The notes below the pieces were generated by a model. The model was not told where the DNA came from and searched no databases. It saw only the letters and a program-made list of their open reading frames with translations. A stretch of DNA of 64,000 nucleotides from Dehalococcoidia bacterium (lineage in GTDB: Bacteria; Chloroflexota; Dehalococcoidia; Lucifugimonadales; UBA3495), in contig OY761541.1 of NCBI GenBank assembly GCA_963664625.1, positions 3,019,606-3,083,605 of the forward strand. Direction: 5' to 3'. This document shows, in pieces, positions 1 to 9,460 of the stretch. The position numbers and the translations under genes are program-made. Each line of letters begins with the position of its first letter. Position 1 is the stretch's first letter.

Positions 1-20
1 GCGTCGAATTTCGGCGCCAA

Positions 21-55
21 GCAAAAGGGGCGGTCCATTTCACGGACCGCCCCTT
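21..55 (-). terminator. Rho-independent terminator downstream of the ABC ATPase genes
   Basis: Perfect 12-bp stem AAGGGGCGGTCC / GGACCGCCCCTT (25-36 and 44-55) with a 7-nt loop. On the minus strand it runs into CCCCTTTTGC just after the stop of the 91..1134 gene. Confidence 0.6.
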
Positions 56-90
56 GTTGTACACTCGTGTCAACCGGCAGGGATTAAACC

Positions 91-1134
91 CTAATAGGTG
101 CCATAACCCTCGGCGCGTATGCAGGAGGCCCAGTGGTTCGGTGAAACCTCTCGCAACTCCGGCATGACCCGGGAGCAGTCGTCAATGGCGGCGGGGCACC
201 GCGGATGGAATACGCATCCGGAAGGGGGATTCAACGGGCTGGGAACCTCTCCTGTCAGCAGGATTCTTTCCCTTTGGGCGTCGATGACCGGGTCCGGGAT
301 GGGCACCGCAGACAGCAGCGCCCGCGTATATGGGTGGACCGGGTTCACGTAAATCTCGCCCCGGTCGGCCAACTCGACTATGTGCCCCAAGTACATCACC
401 CCTACCCGGTCGCTGATGTGGCGCACCACCGACAGGTCGTGGGCGATGAACAGGTAAGTCAGGTTGAACTGCTCCTGCAGGTCTTCCAGCAGGTTGATGA
501 TCTGGGCTTGAATCGACACGTCCAGCGCGGAAACCGGCTCGTCGGCTACGATGAACTTGGGACCCACCGACAATGCGCGGGCCACACCGATCCTCTGGCG
601 CTGACCGCCGCTGAACTCGTGGGGGAACCGGTCAGCCATATAGGGGTTCAAGCCCACGTTTTGCAACAGTTCGGCCACCCGTTCGCGGTACTCCGCTTTG
701 CCTTTGACCAAGCCGTGGACCACCAGCGGTTCCCCGATGATATTGCCGGCGGTCATGCGCGGGTTGAGCGAGCTGTAGGGGTCCTGGAATATGACCTGCA
801 TCTCGCGCCGCATCGTTCGCAGTTCGCGGCTGGCAAGGCCGGTCAGCTCCCGGCCGTCAAAAATAATCTGGCCTGCGGTGGGCCTGTATAACTGGAGTAT
901 GCAACGGCCGGTAGTGGTCTTGCCGCATCCGCTTTCACCCACCAGCCCCAGGGTCTCACCCCGCCGAACGTTGAAACTAACCCCGTCGACCGCTTTGATA
1001 TGGGCCACGGTCCGCTGGAAAATCAGCCCGGACGTCACCGGGAAGTACATCTGGAGATCCCGCACTTCAATGAGATTATCGTCAGCTGCCGGTTGTCCGT
1101 TGCCCTGGGTCTGAACGTCTGTGGAAGTGGTCAT
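91..1134 (-). CDS. Oligopeptide/dipeptide ABC transporter ATP-binding protein (OppF/DppF type)
   Basis: 347-aa ORF with Walker [10 protein letters not shown], signature FSGGQRQR and Walker B FIVADEP. It has the Cys-containing C-terminal extension typical of Opp/Dpp ATPases. ATG is preceded by AAGAGG. Confidence 0.9.
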   Translation of the reverse strand: MTTSTDVQTQGNGQPAADDNLIEVRDLQMYFPVTSGLIFQRTVAHIKAVDGVSFNVRRGETLGLVGESGCGKTTTGRCILQLYRPTAGQIIFDGRELTGLASRELRTMRREMQVIFQDPYSSLNPRMTAGNIIGEPLVVHGLVKGKAEYRERVAELLQNVGLNPYMADRFPHEFSGGQRQRIGVARALSVGPKFIVADEPVSALDVSIQAQIINLLEDLQEQFNLTYLFIAHDLSVVRHISDRVGVMYLGHIVELADRGEIYVNPVHPYTRALLSAVPIPDPVIDAQRERILLTGEVPSPLNPPSGCVFHPRCPAAIDDCSRVMPELREVSPNHWASCIRAEGYGTY

Positions 1135-1193
1135 GGCTTTTTGCCTCTTAATGTTGGGCTTGTGGGAAGAGAGCCAAAGTCTCGTCTGCGCTG

Positions 1194-2204
1194 CTAGGGT
1201 TGACCAGCGTAAGTTTCCTGCGCGAGCACATGCAACTCCTCAGCTCGCCAGCAGGCCGACCAGTGACCGTCGCCGGTGGGCATCAGAGGCGGGGCCTCGA
1301 TGGCGCATTTGTCGATGGCCCAGCGGCACCTTGCCCGGAATGCGCAACCCTGCGGCACGTTGATCAAGTCCGGCGGCTGTCCTTCGATGGGGTCCAGCTT
1401 CTCCCGCCGGGGTTGGTCCAACCGAGGCACCGAGTGCAATAGACCGACGGTGTAGGGATGTCGAGGGTTGGCATAGACCTCCATGGCCGTGCCCCGCTCG
1501 ATGATTTTGCCGGCGTACATGATGTTCATCCGGTCTGCATAGCGGGCCACAACGCCGAGGTTATGGGTGATGACAATCAGCGCCACCCCGAACTCGGTGG
1601 TCAGCGACTTCATCAGCTCCAGGATCTGCGCTTGAATGGTCACGTCCAACGCGGTTGTCGGTTCGTCGGCGATGATCAGCCTGGGGTTGCAACTCAGGGC
1701 CATGGCGATCATTACCCTTTGCCGCATTCCGCCGCTGAACTGGTGGGGGTATTGCTTGATGCGGCTTTCAGGATCGGGGATACCCACCCTTGTCAGCAGG
1801 TCCACCCCTTCCTGGCGGGCTTCCGCCTTGGTCATGCCCATGTGCAACTCGAGAGTCTCCGTGAGTTGCTTTTCCACAGTCAGCACCGGGTTGAGAGAGG
1901 TCATCGGCTCCTGGAAGACCATGGATATCTTGCCGCCCCGTATGCGGCGCATATCGTCCATGTCCACCTTCAGGATGTCCTCGTTCTCGAACTGTATTTC
2001 TCCGTCGACGATCTTGCCCGGCGGGTCGGGAATCAAGCGCATCACCGACAGGGCACTGACGCTCTTGCCGCAACCGCTCTCACCAACCAACCCCAAGGTT
2101 TCCCCTTCCTCAAGCTCGTATGAAACCCCGTCTACAGCTTTAACCACACCCTCATAGGTGTAGAAGTAAGTCCTCAAGTCTTTTACTTCAAGTAAAGTAG
2201 CCAC
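1194..2204 (-). CDS. Oligopeptide/dipeptide ABC transporter ATP-binding protein (OppD/DppD type)
   Basis: Walker A GESGCGKS, signature FSGGMRQR, Walker [13 protein letters not shown]. The ORF extends to 2222 (TTG). I prefer the GTG at 2204, directly after AGGAGG, which gives the N-terminus [10 protein letters not shown]. The start is uncertain by 18 nt. Confidence 0.88.
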   Translation of the reverse strand: MATLLEVKDLRTYFYTYEGVVKAVDGVSYELEEGETLGLVGESGCGKSVSALSVMRLIPDPPGKIVDGEIQFENEDILKVDMDDMRRIRGGKISMVFQEPMTSLNPVLTVEKQLTETLELHMGMTKAEARQEGVDLLTRVGIPDPESRIKQYPHQFSGGMRQRVMIAMALSCNPRLIIADEPTTALDVTIQAQILELMKSLTTEFGVALIVITHNLGVVARYADRMNIMYAGKIIERGTAMEVYANPRHPYTVGLLHSVPRLDQPRREKLDPIEGQPPDLINVPQGCAFRARCRWAIDKCAIEAPPLMPTGDGHWSACWRAEELHVLAQETYAGQP

Positions 2205-2298
2205 CTGACCTCCTAAAACCAAAGACTTAAGATAGAGCAGCCTATTTGTGCAGGGACCGATTTATCGCTACAGCCAAAAGGGCCCACCGCCCGTATGG

Positions 2299-2383
2299 TG
2301 GTGGGGAAGGGGAGACTCGAACTCCCACGCCTTTCAGCACATGATCCTAAGTCATGCTCGTCTACCAGTTCCGACACTTCCCC
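2299..2383 (-). tRNA. tRNA-Leu (anticodon UAG)
   Basis: The reverse complement reads GGGGAAG-TG-TCGGAACTGGTAGACGAG-CATGA-CTTAGGA-TCATG-long variable arm-TGGGAGTTCGAGTCTCCC-CTTCCCC-ACCA. The cloverleaf has a 7-bp acceptor stem, a TAG anticodon in a 7-nt loop, a class II variable arm and an encoded CCA. Confidence 0.92.
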
Positions 2384-2481
2384 CAGCAGACTGTTCCCGA
2401 AAGTCTCCTTCCTCTTAGCGGCCTCTAAGTCAAAACGAAACCCTCTGACGCCAGAGTTATCCATTGACGTAGAGTCGCGGT

Positions 2482-2511
2482 ATTATATCTGACGGTATAT
2501 CTTCCTGTCCA
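2482..2511 (-). promoter_or_regulatory. Candidate sigma70-type promoter for tRNA-Leu
   Basis: On the minus strand: TGGACA, an 18-nt spacer, then TATAAT, about 95 nt upstream of the tRNA 5' end. This is a sequence match only. Confidence 0.3.
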
Positions 2512-2627
2512 GCCCAGTAAAAACGGTGGATTGTCAACATTCAATTTTTCCGTGCGTTGATTTCCGCCAACCTTACACTCCAACTTTCTCTCCCATGCTT
2601 CAGGGCCTGATGACCTCCAAGTAGTCA

Positions 2628-3056
2628 TCAGCGCGGGTCGTCGCTGGTGAGGAAATCCACCACCTCTTGTGTCATGGGCATCGATACTTGACCCTTTTCG
2701 TCTTTTACCCCGAACCGTTCCATGGCTTGCCGTAACCTTTCACCTTGTGCTGCCCGCCACTTCTCTCGGTCTTGCTCACGCAACCTTTTTATGATTCTGT
2801 CGGCTATCACTCGTATTACCTCCCATCCAGCTAATAAAGCAACAGTCAGCGGGACACTAATCTGGACCTTACTGACCGCCGCAAGCATGGCCTCAAACCA
2901 TGACCGGGGAATTTCTTTCTCCAGTTCATACCATGCTAACAGTGCGGTCAACGCCACTATCAAGATAAATCCCGCGACCAGATATTTGAATTCATTGTCC
3001 CTAATCATTGAACCCCAATCTCCGCCCGACGCGCTTGCGGATGCGCCGTGGGCCAT
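2628..3056 (-). CDS. Hypothetical two-TM membrane protein with a charged helical tail (third gene of the HNH operon)
   Basis: 142 aa. Hydrophobic segments YLVAGFILIVALTALLAWY and ISVPLTVALLAGWEVIRVI are followed by a Lys/Arg/Glu-rich helix. ATG is preceded by GGAGGAG and lies 6 nt after the upstream stop. Confidence 0.6.
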   Translation of the reverse strand: MAHGASASASGGDWGSMIRDNEFKYLVAGFILIVALTALLAWYELEKEIPRSWFEAMLAAVSKVQISVPLTVALLAGWEVIRVIADRIIKRLREQDREKWRAAQGERLRQAMERFGVKDEKGQVSMPMTQEVVDFLTSDDPR

Positions 3057-3062
3057 TATTGG

Positions 3063-3542
3063 TTACTCCTCCTTAGACGTGGGATCAATCACGGTTATGG
3101 ACCAACGAATTGGGTCGGGATTGCCTGCGTCAAGATAGCGCCTCATAACCGTTGACGGCTCCAACCATTCCACCCACATATCCATGGTCCTTGACAGTTC
3201 TGCCAAGGACAATTCAATCTGGCTCTGTGGATCGTCGTCCTTAAATCGCTCGTCGCTAATCGAAATGCTCCCGTCTTCGAATACTATGCAATGTCCATGG
3301 AGAAGCGCATTTCTGAAATCCCACATTTTCTTCAGTTGATCTTCTGGGATGGTATCTGCACTCCATTTAACCATGCCGCTAAATATGCGCCCCTCAGGGG
3401 TCCTCTTACAACTCTTTATTTTGTACATCAATTCTCGGCGGCCGGCTAACGACGCAATCACTCCCAAATGAAGATATGCTTGTTCCTCACTCTTGCTTAG
3501 ATGTAGCGTTCTGCTGCCGTCTGGGTTCCTTTGGACGTGCAT
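3063..3542 (-). CDS. Hypothetical protein with a HEPN-like Rx4H motif (FRNALLHGH)
   Basis: The track ORF 3063..3701 overlaps the HNH gene. I trimmed it to the ATG at 3542, which follows GGAAGGAGG, giving 159 aa. The motif R77-N-A-L-L-H82 (nt 3297-3314) matches the HEPN RNase signature R[NHD]xxxH. Local GC is clearly lower than in the flanks. Confidence 0.55.
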   Translation of the reverse strand: MHVQRNPDGSRTLHLSKSEEQAYLHLGVIASLAGRRELMYKIKSCKRTPEGRIFSGMVKWSADTIPEDQLKKMWDFRNALLHGHCIVFEDGSISISDERFKDDDPQSQIELSLAELSRTMDMWVEWLEPSTVMRRYLDAGNPDPIRWSITVIDPTSKEE

Positions 3543-3561
3543 GAAAATATGTCCTCCTTCC

Positions 3562-3840
3562 CTAAATCCCAATCTCCGCCAGCCTTGCCACCAGATACTC
3601 CTGGGGCCGGTTGCCCTTGATGCGGTTGCAGCTTGAGCGGAGTAGTTGCAGGTTTTCAAGGTGGTCAGTGCCGCCCCGGGATTGGGGGATGACGTGGTCA
3701 ACCTCGAACAGCTTGAAGGGGAAGTCTCCCTTGCAACTGTTGCATGGCCCCTCTTGCTCGCCGAAGAGGGTGTGTTTGTTCTGCCGGTAGCTGCGCACGC
3801 TCGTACAAAAAGTCATAAATTCAAGCTGCGACAATGCCAA
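3562..3840 (-). CDS. Small HNH endonuclease
   Basis: CNSC ... EVDHVIPQSRGGTDHLENLQLLRSSCNRIKG matches the classical HNH/His-Me finger (C-x2-C, DH, N, C-N-x2-K). The start is uncertain: TTG at 3840 or ATG at 3816. Confidence 0.75.
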   Translation of the reverse strand: MALSQLEFMTFCTSVRSYRQNKHTLFGEQEGPCNSCKGDFPFKLFEVDHVIPQSRGGTDHLENLQLLRSSCNRIKGNRPQEYLVARLAEIGI

Positions 3841-4059
3841 AAACGGAATAAGGATGCCGTCAATATATCATGCTTTCCAGTCTGACGACCCCGGAGAAGA
3901 CCTTCTTTGGATTCAACGACAGGCACGTTAGAGGTCATTTCAGACTCCGCGCCAAGTCCGCCGGCTCCGCAACAAAAGGGTCGCGCTTCGGGCGTTCGCA
4001 AAGCCCGTGTGCTGGTATACTTTCCCAAGGTGTCATATCAACCAAGAGGGTGAAATGCA

Positions 4060-4428
4060 ATGACTACTGAACGTCGAAGAGGGACTGTGTCACTGCGTCA
4101 AATCAACGGCTCTGCCCGGTCTAAAAAGGTCAGGGCTGACTTGGGGGAAGAGTCTTCGTTTACGGCGTTCCCCGCGCCGGTCAAGGTCGGCGACGCTTCC
4201 TACTTCCTGGTCCGGGGCCGGGACGGCTACAAGCTGTTGTCAACAGTGTGCCCGCACCAGGGGGGCGAGATTATGGACGAAGGCGATGACCTGTTCGTTT
4301 GCGACGGCCACGGCTGGCAGTACGACAAAGCCGCGGGTCTTTGCGCCAGCCGCCCCGACTTCCGGATGAAGACGTTCCTGGTTACCGTGCAAAACGGCCG
4401 CCTCGTCGCGTTGGTGCCTGACGAGTAG
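4060..4428 (+). CDS. Small stand-alone Rieske [2Fe-2S] domain protein
   Basis: 122 aa with CPHQGG ... CDGHGWQY (CxH...CxxH Rieske ligands). ATG is preceded by GAGGGTG. Confidence 0.8.
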   Translation: MTTERRRGTVSLRQINGSARSKKVRADLGEESSFTAFPAPVKVGDASYFLVRGRDGYKLLSTVCPHQGGEIMDEGDDLFVCDGHGWQYDKAAGLCASRPDFRMKTFLVTVQNGRLVALVPDE

Positions 4429-4484
4429 CGGGACTGCCGCCGCTGGTTGGAGAGTGATGGTTGGGACCACAGGAGGCAAGCAAC

Positions 4485-4754
4485 ATGAAACAGATTACAA
4501 TCAGGGGCTTGGACGAGAAGTTGTCCGAAAGCATCCGCCAATTGGCGGAGAAAAAGGGGATTTCATTAAACAAGGCCGCGTTATACATGCGCCACGTCGG
4601 CGCCGGCCTCCCGCCTCCCCCCACTCCCAAGAAAGGGCCCATCGGCAATTCGCTGGACGATTTCATCGGTTCGTGGACCCAGGAACAATTGGATGAGATG
4701 CTTGCCCTCATTGAAGAGGAGTTCGAGAAAATCGATGAGGAACTCTGGAAATGA
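4485..4754 (+). CDS. Type II antitoxin (VapB-like, RHH/AbrB-type N-terminus)
   Basis: MKQITIRGLDEKLSESIRQLAEKKGISLNKAALYM is a typical antitoxin DNA-binding N-terminus. ATG follows AGGAGG. The stop overlaps the vapC start (ATGA). Confidence 0.7.
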   Translation: MKQITIRGLDEKLSESIRQLAEKKGISLNKAALYMRHVGAGLPPPPTPKKGPIGNSLDDFIGSWTQEQLDEMLALIEEEFEKIDEELWK

Positions 4755-5149
4755 GAGCACTCTTGGATTCTAACGCATATTCATATTTGGGTAGAGGTAG
4801 TCGTGCGGTCGAGGAGATTGTCAGGACGGCTGATGAAATCTTCCTTTCAGTCATAGTTATGGGAGAGTTGTTGTTTGGGTATCGGACGTGGTCACTGTTC
4901 GAGAGTAACGCCACGGAGTTAAGCACATTCCTCGCCCGAGACAACGTTAAGTTGGTGCCCGTCACACCCACCACAGCAGACTACTACGCCAGAATCTCGG
5001 CCTCTCTAAGAGCCAAAGGCAGGCCAATCCCTACCAACGATATATGGATTGCGGCCCACGCGATGGAAACCGGCGCCGACTTGGTATCGGCGGACAGCCA
5101 TTTCGAGTACGTCGACGGGATTGCGTGGGTAAGAATCCCTGCCAGGTGA
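4751..5149 (+). CDS. vapC: PIN-domain toxin VapC
   Basis: 132 aa. The N-terminus ALLDSNA carries the conserved Asp. The acidic residues and the C-terminal SADSHF motif fit a PIN ribonuclease. There is a 4-nt overlap with the upstream antitoxin. Confidence 0.85.
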   Translation: MRALLDSNAYSYLGRGSRAVEEIVRTADEIFLSVIVMGELLFGYRTWSLFESNATELSTFLARDNVKLVPVTPTTADYYARISASLRAKGRPIPTNDIWIAAHAMETGADLVSADSHFEYVDGIAWVRIPAR

Positions 5150-5175
5150 TAACGGCAAACCCGGTTGTAAATTGT

Positions 5176-5210
5176 GAGGCCCCTCCTTTATAGGAAGGGG
5201 CCTCTTCTTT
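5176..5210. terminator. Hairpin terminator between convergent vapC and the amidohydrolase gene
   Basis: GAGGCCCCT...AGGGGCCTC stem (5176-5204) followed by TTCTTT. Confidence 0.55.
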
Positions 5211-5256
5211 CAACTGAAACCGGCCGGGTACCGGGCTACCGGGTCATCGCGTAGGT

Positions 5257-6933
5257 CTACCTAACCATTTCGTAGCTGCGCAGCAGCTTGCCCGGCAAGG
5301 CCCCGGTGCATTCGTTCTCCACGAAGGTCACCGTGCCGTTCACAAGGATGTAACGGATTCCGGTGGGCTTTTGCACCAACCGCTTCTCGCCGCCGGGGAA
5401 GTCGGTCTCGAACCTCGGCTTGTCGTAGAGCAGCCCCAGCTCTTCCATGTTGTAGACCATGATGTCGGCCCAGTCGCCCACGCGCAGAGTTCCCCGGTTC
5501 TTCATGTCCGAGAACTGCGCCGGCAGACCGCTCATCTTCTGGTGGGCCTGCTCCAGCGTCATCAGGCCATTGTCACGGACCCAGTGCCCCAGGAAGTAGA
5601 CCGGCCAGACGCTGTTGACCAGGAACCTGGTGTGGGCCCCGCCGTCCGACACCGAGATGTGCGCGTAGGGGTTTAGTAATCTCTCGGCCCGGACGTCCTC
5701 GCCCTGGGCTGCCGCCGGGTGGGCGAACTCGGTCTCCAGGTCCTCATCCAAGGCGATGTCCAGGAAAACATCCAACGGATGCTTGCCCTCGGCCTCGGCG
5801 ATGTCGGCTATCGACAACCCTTCATATTGCAGATTGCGCTCCAGCGCGACCTCGACTACCTGCACTTGGGTCCAGTCCGTCCTGGGGTGAGGCCGTTCAA
5901 GCACGTCCAGCTTCATACCGTCACGGATGCCATCCTCGGACAGCTTGGCGATGCGCTCCTCCTTGGTCCCCACCAGCGGCTGCACCCAGTTGGGCATGTA
6001 GTCGAACAGGTTGTATTCCGAAAGCTTGAACTCGGCGATGGTCGGCACCGACCCCTGTTGCGCCACGATCGGCAGGCCTTGTTCCCGCATCTCCGCCACC
6101 CAATCGTAGCCTTCGTCGTCGCCCAAGGCTACGTGGAGCGGGCGGCCGCTCATCCGTACCATCTCGGCCAGCATGTCCCGCTGCTCGGCGCGGTTGTCGG
6201 AGATGCCGATGGTCCACCCGAGGTGACCTACGCCGAACTCGCTCATAACCTGGGACAGGGCGTAGAACTCCTCCGGCGACGCCACGTGGCTGGGCAGCCA
6301 GCTTCCGTCCTCCGGTCGGTCTTCCAAGTTCTTGTCGGCTGAAATCCCGAACGCCCCGGCTTTCATCGCGTCGTAGAAAATCTGTTTCATCTGGTTGAGC
6401 TCGTCCTCGGTGACCGAGGTGCGTTCGCGGGCCGGTATCATGCCCAGCACGTAAGCCCTGAGAGGAGAGAAGGGCACCAGCGCGCCCACGTTCACTCCCA
6501 GTCCCTGCCGGTCCAGGCTGTCCATGTATTCAGGGAAGGTCTCCCAGTCCCAGCGCATTCCCTGGCGCATCGCCTCCAAGGGAATCGCTTCAATGCGGTT
6601 CATCATCCGCATGTTCAGGTCGCGGTCTTCCGGCCTGGTGGGCGCGAAGCCGAACCCGCACTGCCCCACCGTGAGTGACGTAACACCAAACCAACCCGAC
6701 AGCGAAGCGTAGGGGTCCCAGTTGAGCTGGGCGTCGTAGTGAGTGTGCAGGTCCACCGCGCCGGGGGCTACGATACAGCCGCTGGCGTCCAACTCCTTGG
6801 CCCCGCCGCTCATAATCCGCCCGCTGACCATTGCCACGCGGCCGTCCTTGATTCCAACGTCGGCGCGAATCCGAGGAAGGCCTGTGCCGTCGATTACTGT
6901 TCCGCCACGGATAACCAAGTCAAATTCAGGCAT
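5257..6933 (-). CDS. N-acyl-D-amino-acid deacylase (D-aminoacylase) family amidohydrolase
   Basis: N-terminus DLVIRGGTVIDGTG ... APGAVDLHTHYD (metal-binding HxH region). I chose the ATG at 6933 after GGAGG. The track ORF extends to 7038. Confidence 0.85.
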   Translation of the reverse strand: MPEFDLVIRGGTVIDGTGLPRIRADVGIKDGRVAMVSGRIMSGGAKELDASGCIVAPGAVDLHTHYDAQLNWDPYASLSGWFGVTSLTVGQCGFGFAPTRPEDRDLNMRMMNRIEAIPLEAMRQGMRWDWETFPEYMDSLDRQGLGVNVGALVPFSPLRAYVLGMIPARERTSVTEDELNQMKQIFYDAMKAGAFGISADKNLEDRPEDGSWLPSHVASPEEFYALSQVMSEFGVGHLGWTIGISDNRAEQRDMLAEMVRMSGRPLHVALGDDEGYDWVAEMREQGLPIVAQQGSVPTIAEFKLSEYNLFDYMPNWVQPLVGTKEERIAKLSEDGIRDGMKLDVLERPHPRTDWTQVQVVEVALERNLQYEGLSIADIAEAEGKHPLDVFLDIALDEDLETEFAHPAAAQGEDVRAERLLNPYAHISVSDGGAHTRFLVNSVWPVYFLGHWVRDNGLMTLEQAHQKMSGLPAQFSDMKNRGTLRVGDWADIMVYNMEELGLLYDKPRFETDFPGGEKRLVQKPTGIRYILVNGTVTFVENECTGALPGKLLRSYEMVR

Positions 6934-7121
6934 ACAGTCGCCTCCTGAGATAATTTGTGACGATTTCAAACCACCTTCAAGGCTAGGGTCTTGTGAAGTG
7001 TAAGTCTGCGATACATTCAAGTCAACGTTAACGAGCACTTATTCAGTGTCCTTTGTTAGAATAGACCACGCTTTCCAAGGGTCTTAACACGGCCCGATAC
7101 GTATGCAACGAGGTGAACTAC

Positions 7122-8738
7122 ATGGACTTGATCGTAATTAACGGCCGGGTAGAGACCATGGACGCCAACAACAGCGTGGTGCAGGCGGTAGGTATCCGGG
7201 ACGGCAGGATAGCGGTGTTGGGTACGAACGGCGATGTGATGGCGGAGCGACACGCCGGCACTACGATAATCGACGCCAAGGGCAAGGCGGTGCTGCCCGG
7301 TTTTATCGAGCCGCATAACCACATGGTCGGGTATAGTACCAATCTGCTGGAGGTGGACGTTCGAACTCCGCCCAACCGCAACATCGGCGACATCGTCAAC
7401 CGGTTGCGTGAGCGGGCGTCCACAACCACTCCGGGCGATTGGATACGCGGTCGGGGTTACGACGATACCGGTCTTCAGGACGTCCGGCACCCCACGCGCA
7501 ACGACCTGGATGCCGCGTCAACCAATCATCCCATCGCCATCGTCCACAACTCCGGGCACATGCTCGCCGCCAACTCCACCGCACTGGAGATGGCCGGGAT
7601 TCACGATGAAACGCCGGACCCGGCCGGTGGCCGCATCGGCAGGTTCCCAGCTACAGGCGAGCCCGACGGGATGCTGTACGAGACGGCCCAAGGACTGGTG
7701 CACCAGCTTCTGCCCACCTACACCGAGGTAGACGTCCGGACGGGTTTCGTTCAAGCCCAGGATGAGTACCTGCGCCGAGGCATAACCACCATCCACGACG
7801 CCAGCGTCAGCAACGCCCGCGGCGTGGATATTCTGCATACCTACCAGCAGGCCCAACGGCAGGGATTCCTGAAGTTCAGGGTCAACATGTTCATCCAATG
7901 GGAATACTTGAAGGACTCGAACTTCGCTTGGCAGACCGGGGGTGGCGACGAATGGGTCCGGGTTGCCGGATGCAAGATCGTTTCCGACGGTTCGATCCAG
8001 GGAATCACCGCCGCCTTGCGCGAGCCCTACCACTGCGATCCCAACGAACAGGGGTGGCTCATCTATGAACAGGACGAACTGAACGAAATCGTCATGACTT
8101 TGCACCAGAGGGGCTACCAGATCGCTACCCACGCCAACGGCGACGCGGCTATCGACGCCGTGCTGGCAGCTTACGAGAACGCCCTGCGGGCTATCCCGAA
8201 GGTCGACCATCGTTTCCGCATCGAGCACTGCCAGGTATGCGTCCCCGAGCACATTTCCAAGATGCGGGACCTTGGAGTAATTCCCAACTTCTTCCCGAAC
8301 CACGTTTACTACTTCGGCGACCGGCACCGGGACCGGTTCCTGGGGCCGGACCGGGTCACACACCTTGACCCCATCGGTTCGGCGATTCAAGCCGGCATAA
8401 AGCCGCTGCTTCACTCCGACTGCCCGGTAACCCCGGTGAACCCCCTCTTCTGCATCCAGAACGCCATCGACAGGGTCACCAGCTCCGGCAAGGTCTTGAC
8501 TGAGGCGGAGAGAGTCGCCGCCAGGGAGGCTATCTCCATGATGACCGTGAACGCCGCATACGGCGCCTTTGAGGAAAACGTGAAGGGCAGTCTCGAAGTC
8601 GGAAAGCTGGGCGACCTGGTGGTCCTGAACTACGATCCCTTCCTGGAGGCCCCTCACGAACTGGGTCAGATCGAGTCGGCCGCCACCGTGGTCGGCGGCC
8701 AGGTCATGTACCAGACCGACGACGTTTCCATAGGGTAG
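7122..8738 (+). CDS. Amidohydrolase-3 (YtcJ-like) metal-dependent hydrolase
   Basis: MDLIVINGRVETMD ... LPGFIEPHNHM ... HANGD ... HSD follow the amidohydrolase superfamily pattern. ATG at 7122 follows GAGGTG. The track start is GTG at 7113. Confidence 0.85.
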   Translation: MDLIVINGRVETMDANNSVVQAVGIRDGRIAVLGTNGDVMAERHAGTTIIDAKGKAVLPGFIEPHNHMVGYSTNLLEVDVRTPPNRNIGDIVNRLRERASTTTPGDWIRGRGYDDTGLQDVRHPTRNDLDAASTNHPIAIVHNSGHMLAANSTALEMAGIHDETPDPAGGRIGRFPATGEPDGMLYETAQGLVHQLLPTYTEVDVRTGFVQAQDEYLRRGITTIHDASVSNARGVDILHTYQQAQRQGFLKFRVNMFIQWEYLKDSNFAWQTGGGDEWVRVAGCKIVSDGSIQGITAALREPYHCDPNEQGWLIYEQDELNEIVMTLHQRGYQIATHANGDAAIDAVLAAYENALRAIPKVDHRFRIEHCQVCVPEHISKMRDLGVIPNFFPNHVYYFGDRHRDRFLGPDRVTHLDPIGSAIQAGIKPLLHSDCPVTPVNPLFCIQNAIDRVTSSGKVLTEAERVAAREAISMMTVNAAYGAFEENVKGSLEVGKLGDLVVLNYDPFLEAPHELGQIESAATVVGGQVMYQTDDVSIG

Positions 8739-8790
8739 CGATGTCGGGGGGCCGCGTGAAGTTGGCGGGCCAACCTCTGAGGTTGGCTGA

Positions 8791-9033
8791 CTACCTGTAC
8801 TTGTCGATCAGGTCTTGAAGGCCGGTCCTGCCAAGTCCAGTCTGCTTGACTCCCAGAATCAAACCCAGTGTACTCTGCGGCAAGGGAGTGGACTTGTCTG
8901 GAATTATAGTGGACCGGGGGCGTGCCTCTCCAGGGAAACGTCGGTAATATAACACTCCGTGGGTCCTGCGTCCCCCGTTGGTCCACCCGTCCTGGTCTAA
9001 GAGTCTCATTAGAAATCGGCCTGATACGTTCAA
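8791..9033 (-). CDS. hicA: HicA-like toxin (YcfA family)
   Basis: RLLDQDGWTNGGRRTHGVL...IIPDKSTPLPQSTLGLILGVKQTGL matches the HicA pattern (LLxxxGW...GSH...IP.H...L..GTL..IL). The start is uncertain: TTG at 9033, ATG at 9009 or TTG at 9078. Confidence 0.6.
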   Translation of the reverse strand: MNVSGRFLMRLLDQDGWTNGGRRTHGVLYYRRFPGEARPRSTIIPDKSTPLPQSTLGLILGVKQTGLGRTGLQDLIDKYR

Positions 9034-9038
9034 GTCTG

Positions 9039-9356
9039 CTACGCGCCGGTAGAGGCCACGGCAAATCCCGTTTTGCAAAGAAGCGCATCCGCCCCGATTG
9101 GCACGATGTGGACGCCGTTGTCCTTCAAATAGTCATGAATGTCGCAGAGTTGTGCCATCCCATCAAGTTGGAGTTCCACCGCTTCCCCCAACTCAACTTG
9201 CACTTGTTTCAGGGTGTCTGAGTGAGCCGCTGTCCCTAGTTCCAAGCAGGCGCCCACCCACTGGCCCTCCTCTTCTTGAAACTCAAAAGTCAGATGGAAT
9301 ACGTAGTCAGCAGAGCCTTGGGCGGCCCGGTGAATTACTGTAACTGTATCTCGCAC
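9039..9356 (-). CDS. hicB: HicB-like antitoxin
   Basis: 105 aa. YVFHLTFEFQEEEGQWVGACLELGTAAHSDTLKQVQVELGEAV fits the HicB/UPF0150 fold. GTG start follows GGAGGGG. It lies immediately upstream of hicA. Confidence 0.65.
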   Translation of the reverse strand: MRDTVTVIHRAAQGSADYVFHLTFEFQEEEGQWVGACLELGTAAHSDTLKQVQVELGEAVELQLDGMAQLCDIHDYLKDNGVHIVPIGADALLCKTGFAVASTGA

Positions 9357-9460
9357 GGCATCCCCTCCAGCATAGAGACGGGCGCCTCAATCCGGGAGAT
9401 TGCTGCCCATCAAAGGTTCCTTTCCAGCGGATTATAGCATTGGATATCGCTTCCGGTATC

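Noticed and set aside
3543-3701. Upstream extension of ORF 3063..3701 overlapping the HNH gene
   Set aside because: The extension overlaps the 3' end of the HNH gene by 140 nt. An internal ATG at 3542 with a strong GGAAGGAGG RBS sits 19 nt after the HNH stop.
2299-5149. Classical tRNA-integrated genomic island at tRNA-Leu
   Set aside because: There is no integrase gene and no direct repeat of the tRNA 3' end. The atypical genes lie on the 5' side of the tRNA rather than downstream of its 3' end. I keep only the weaker statement that the block is compositionally atypical.
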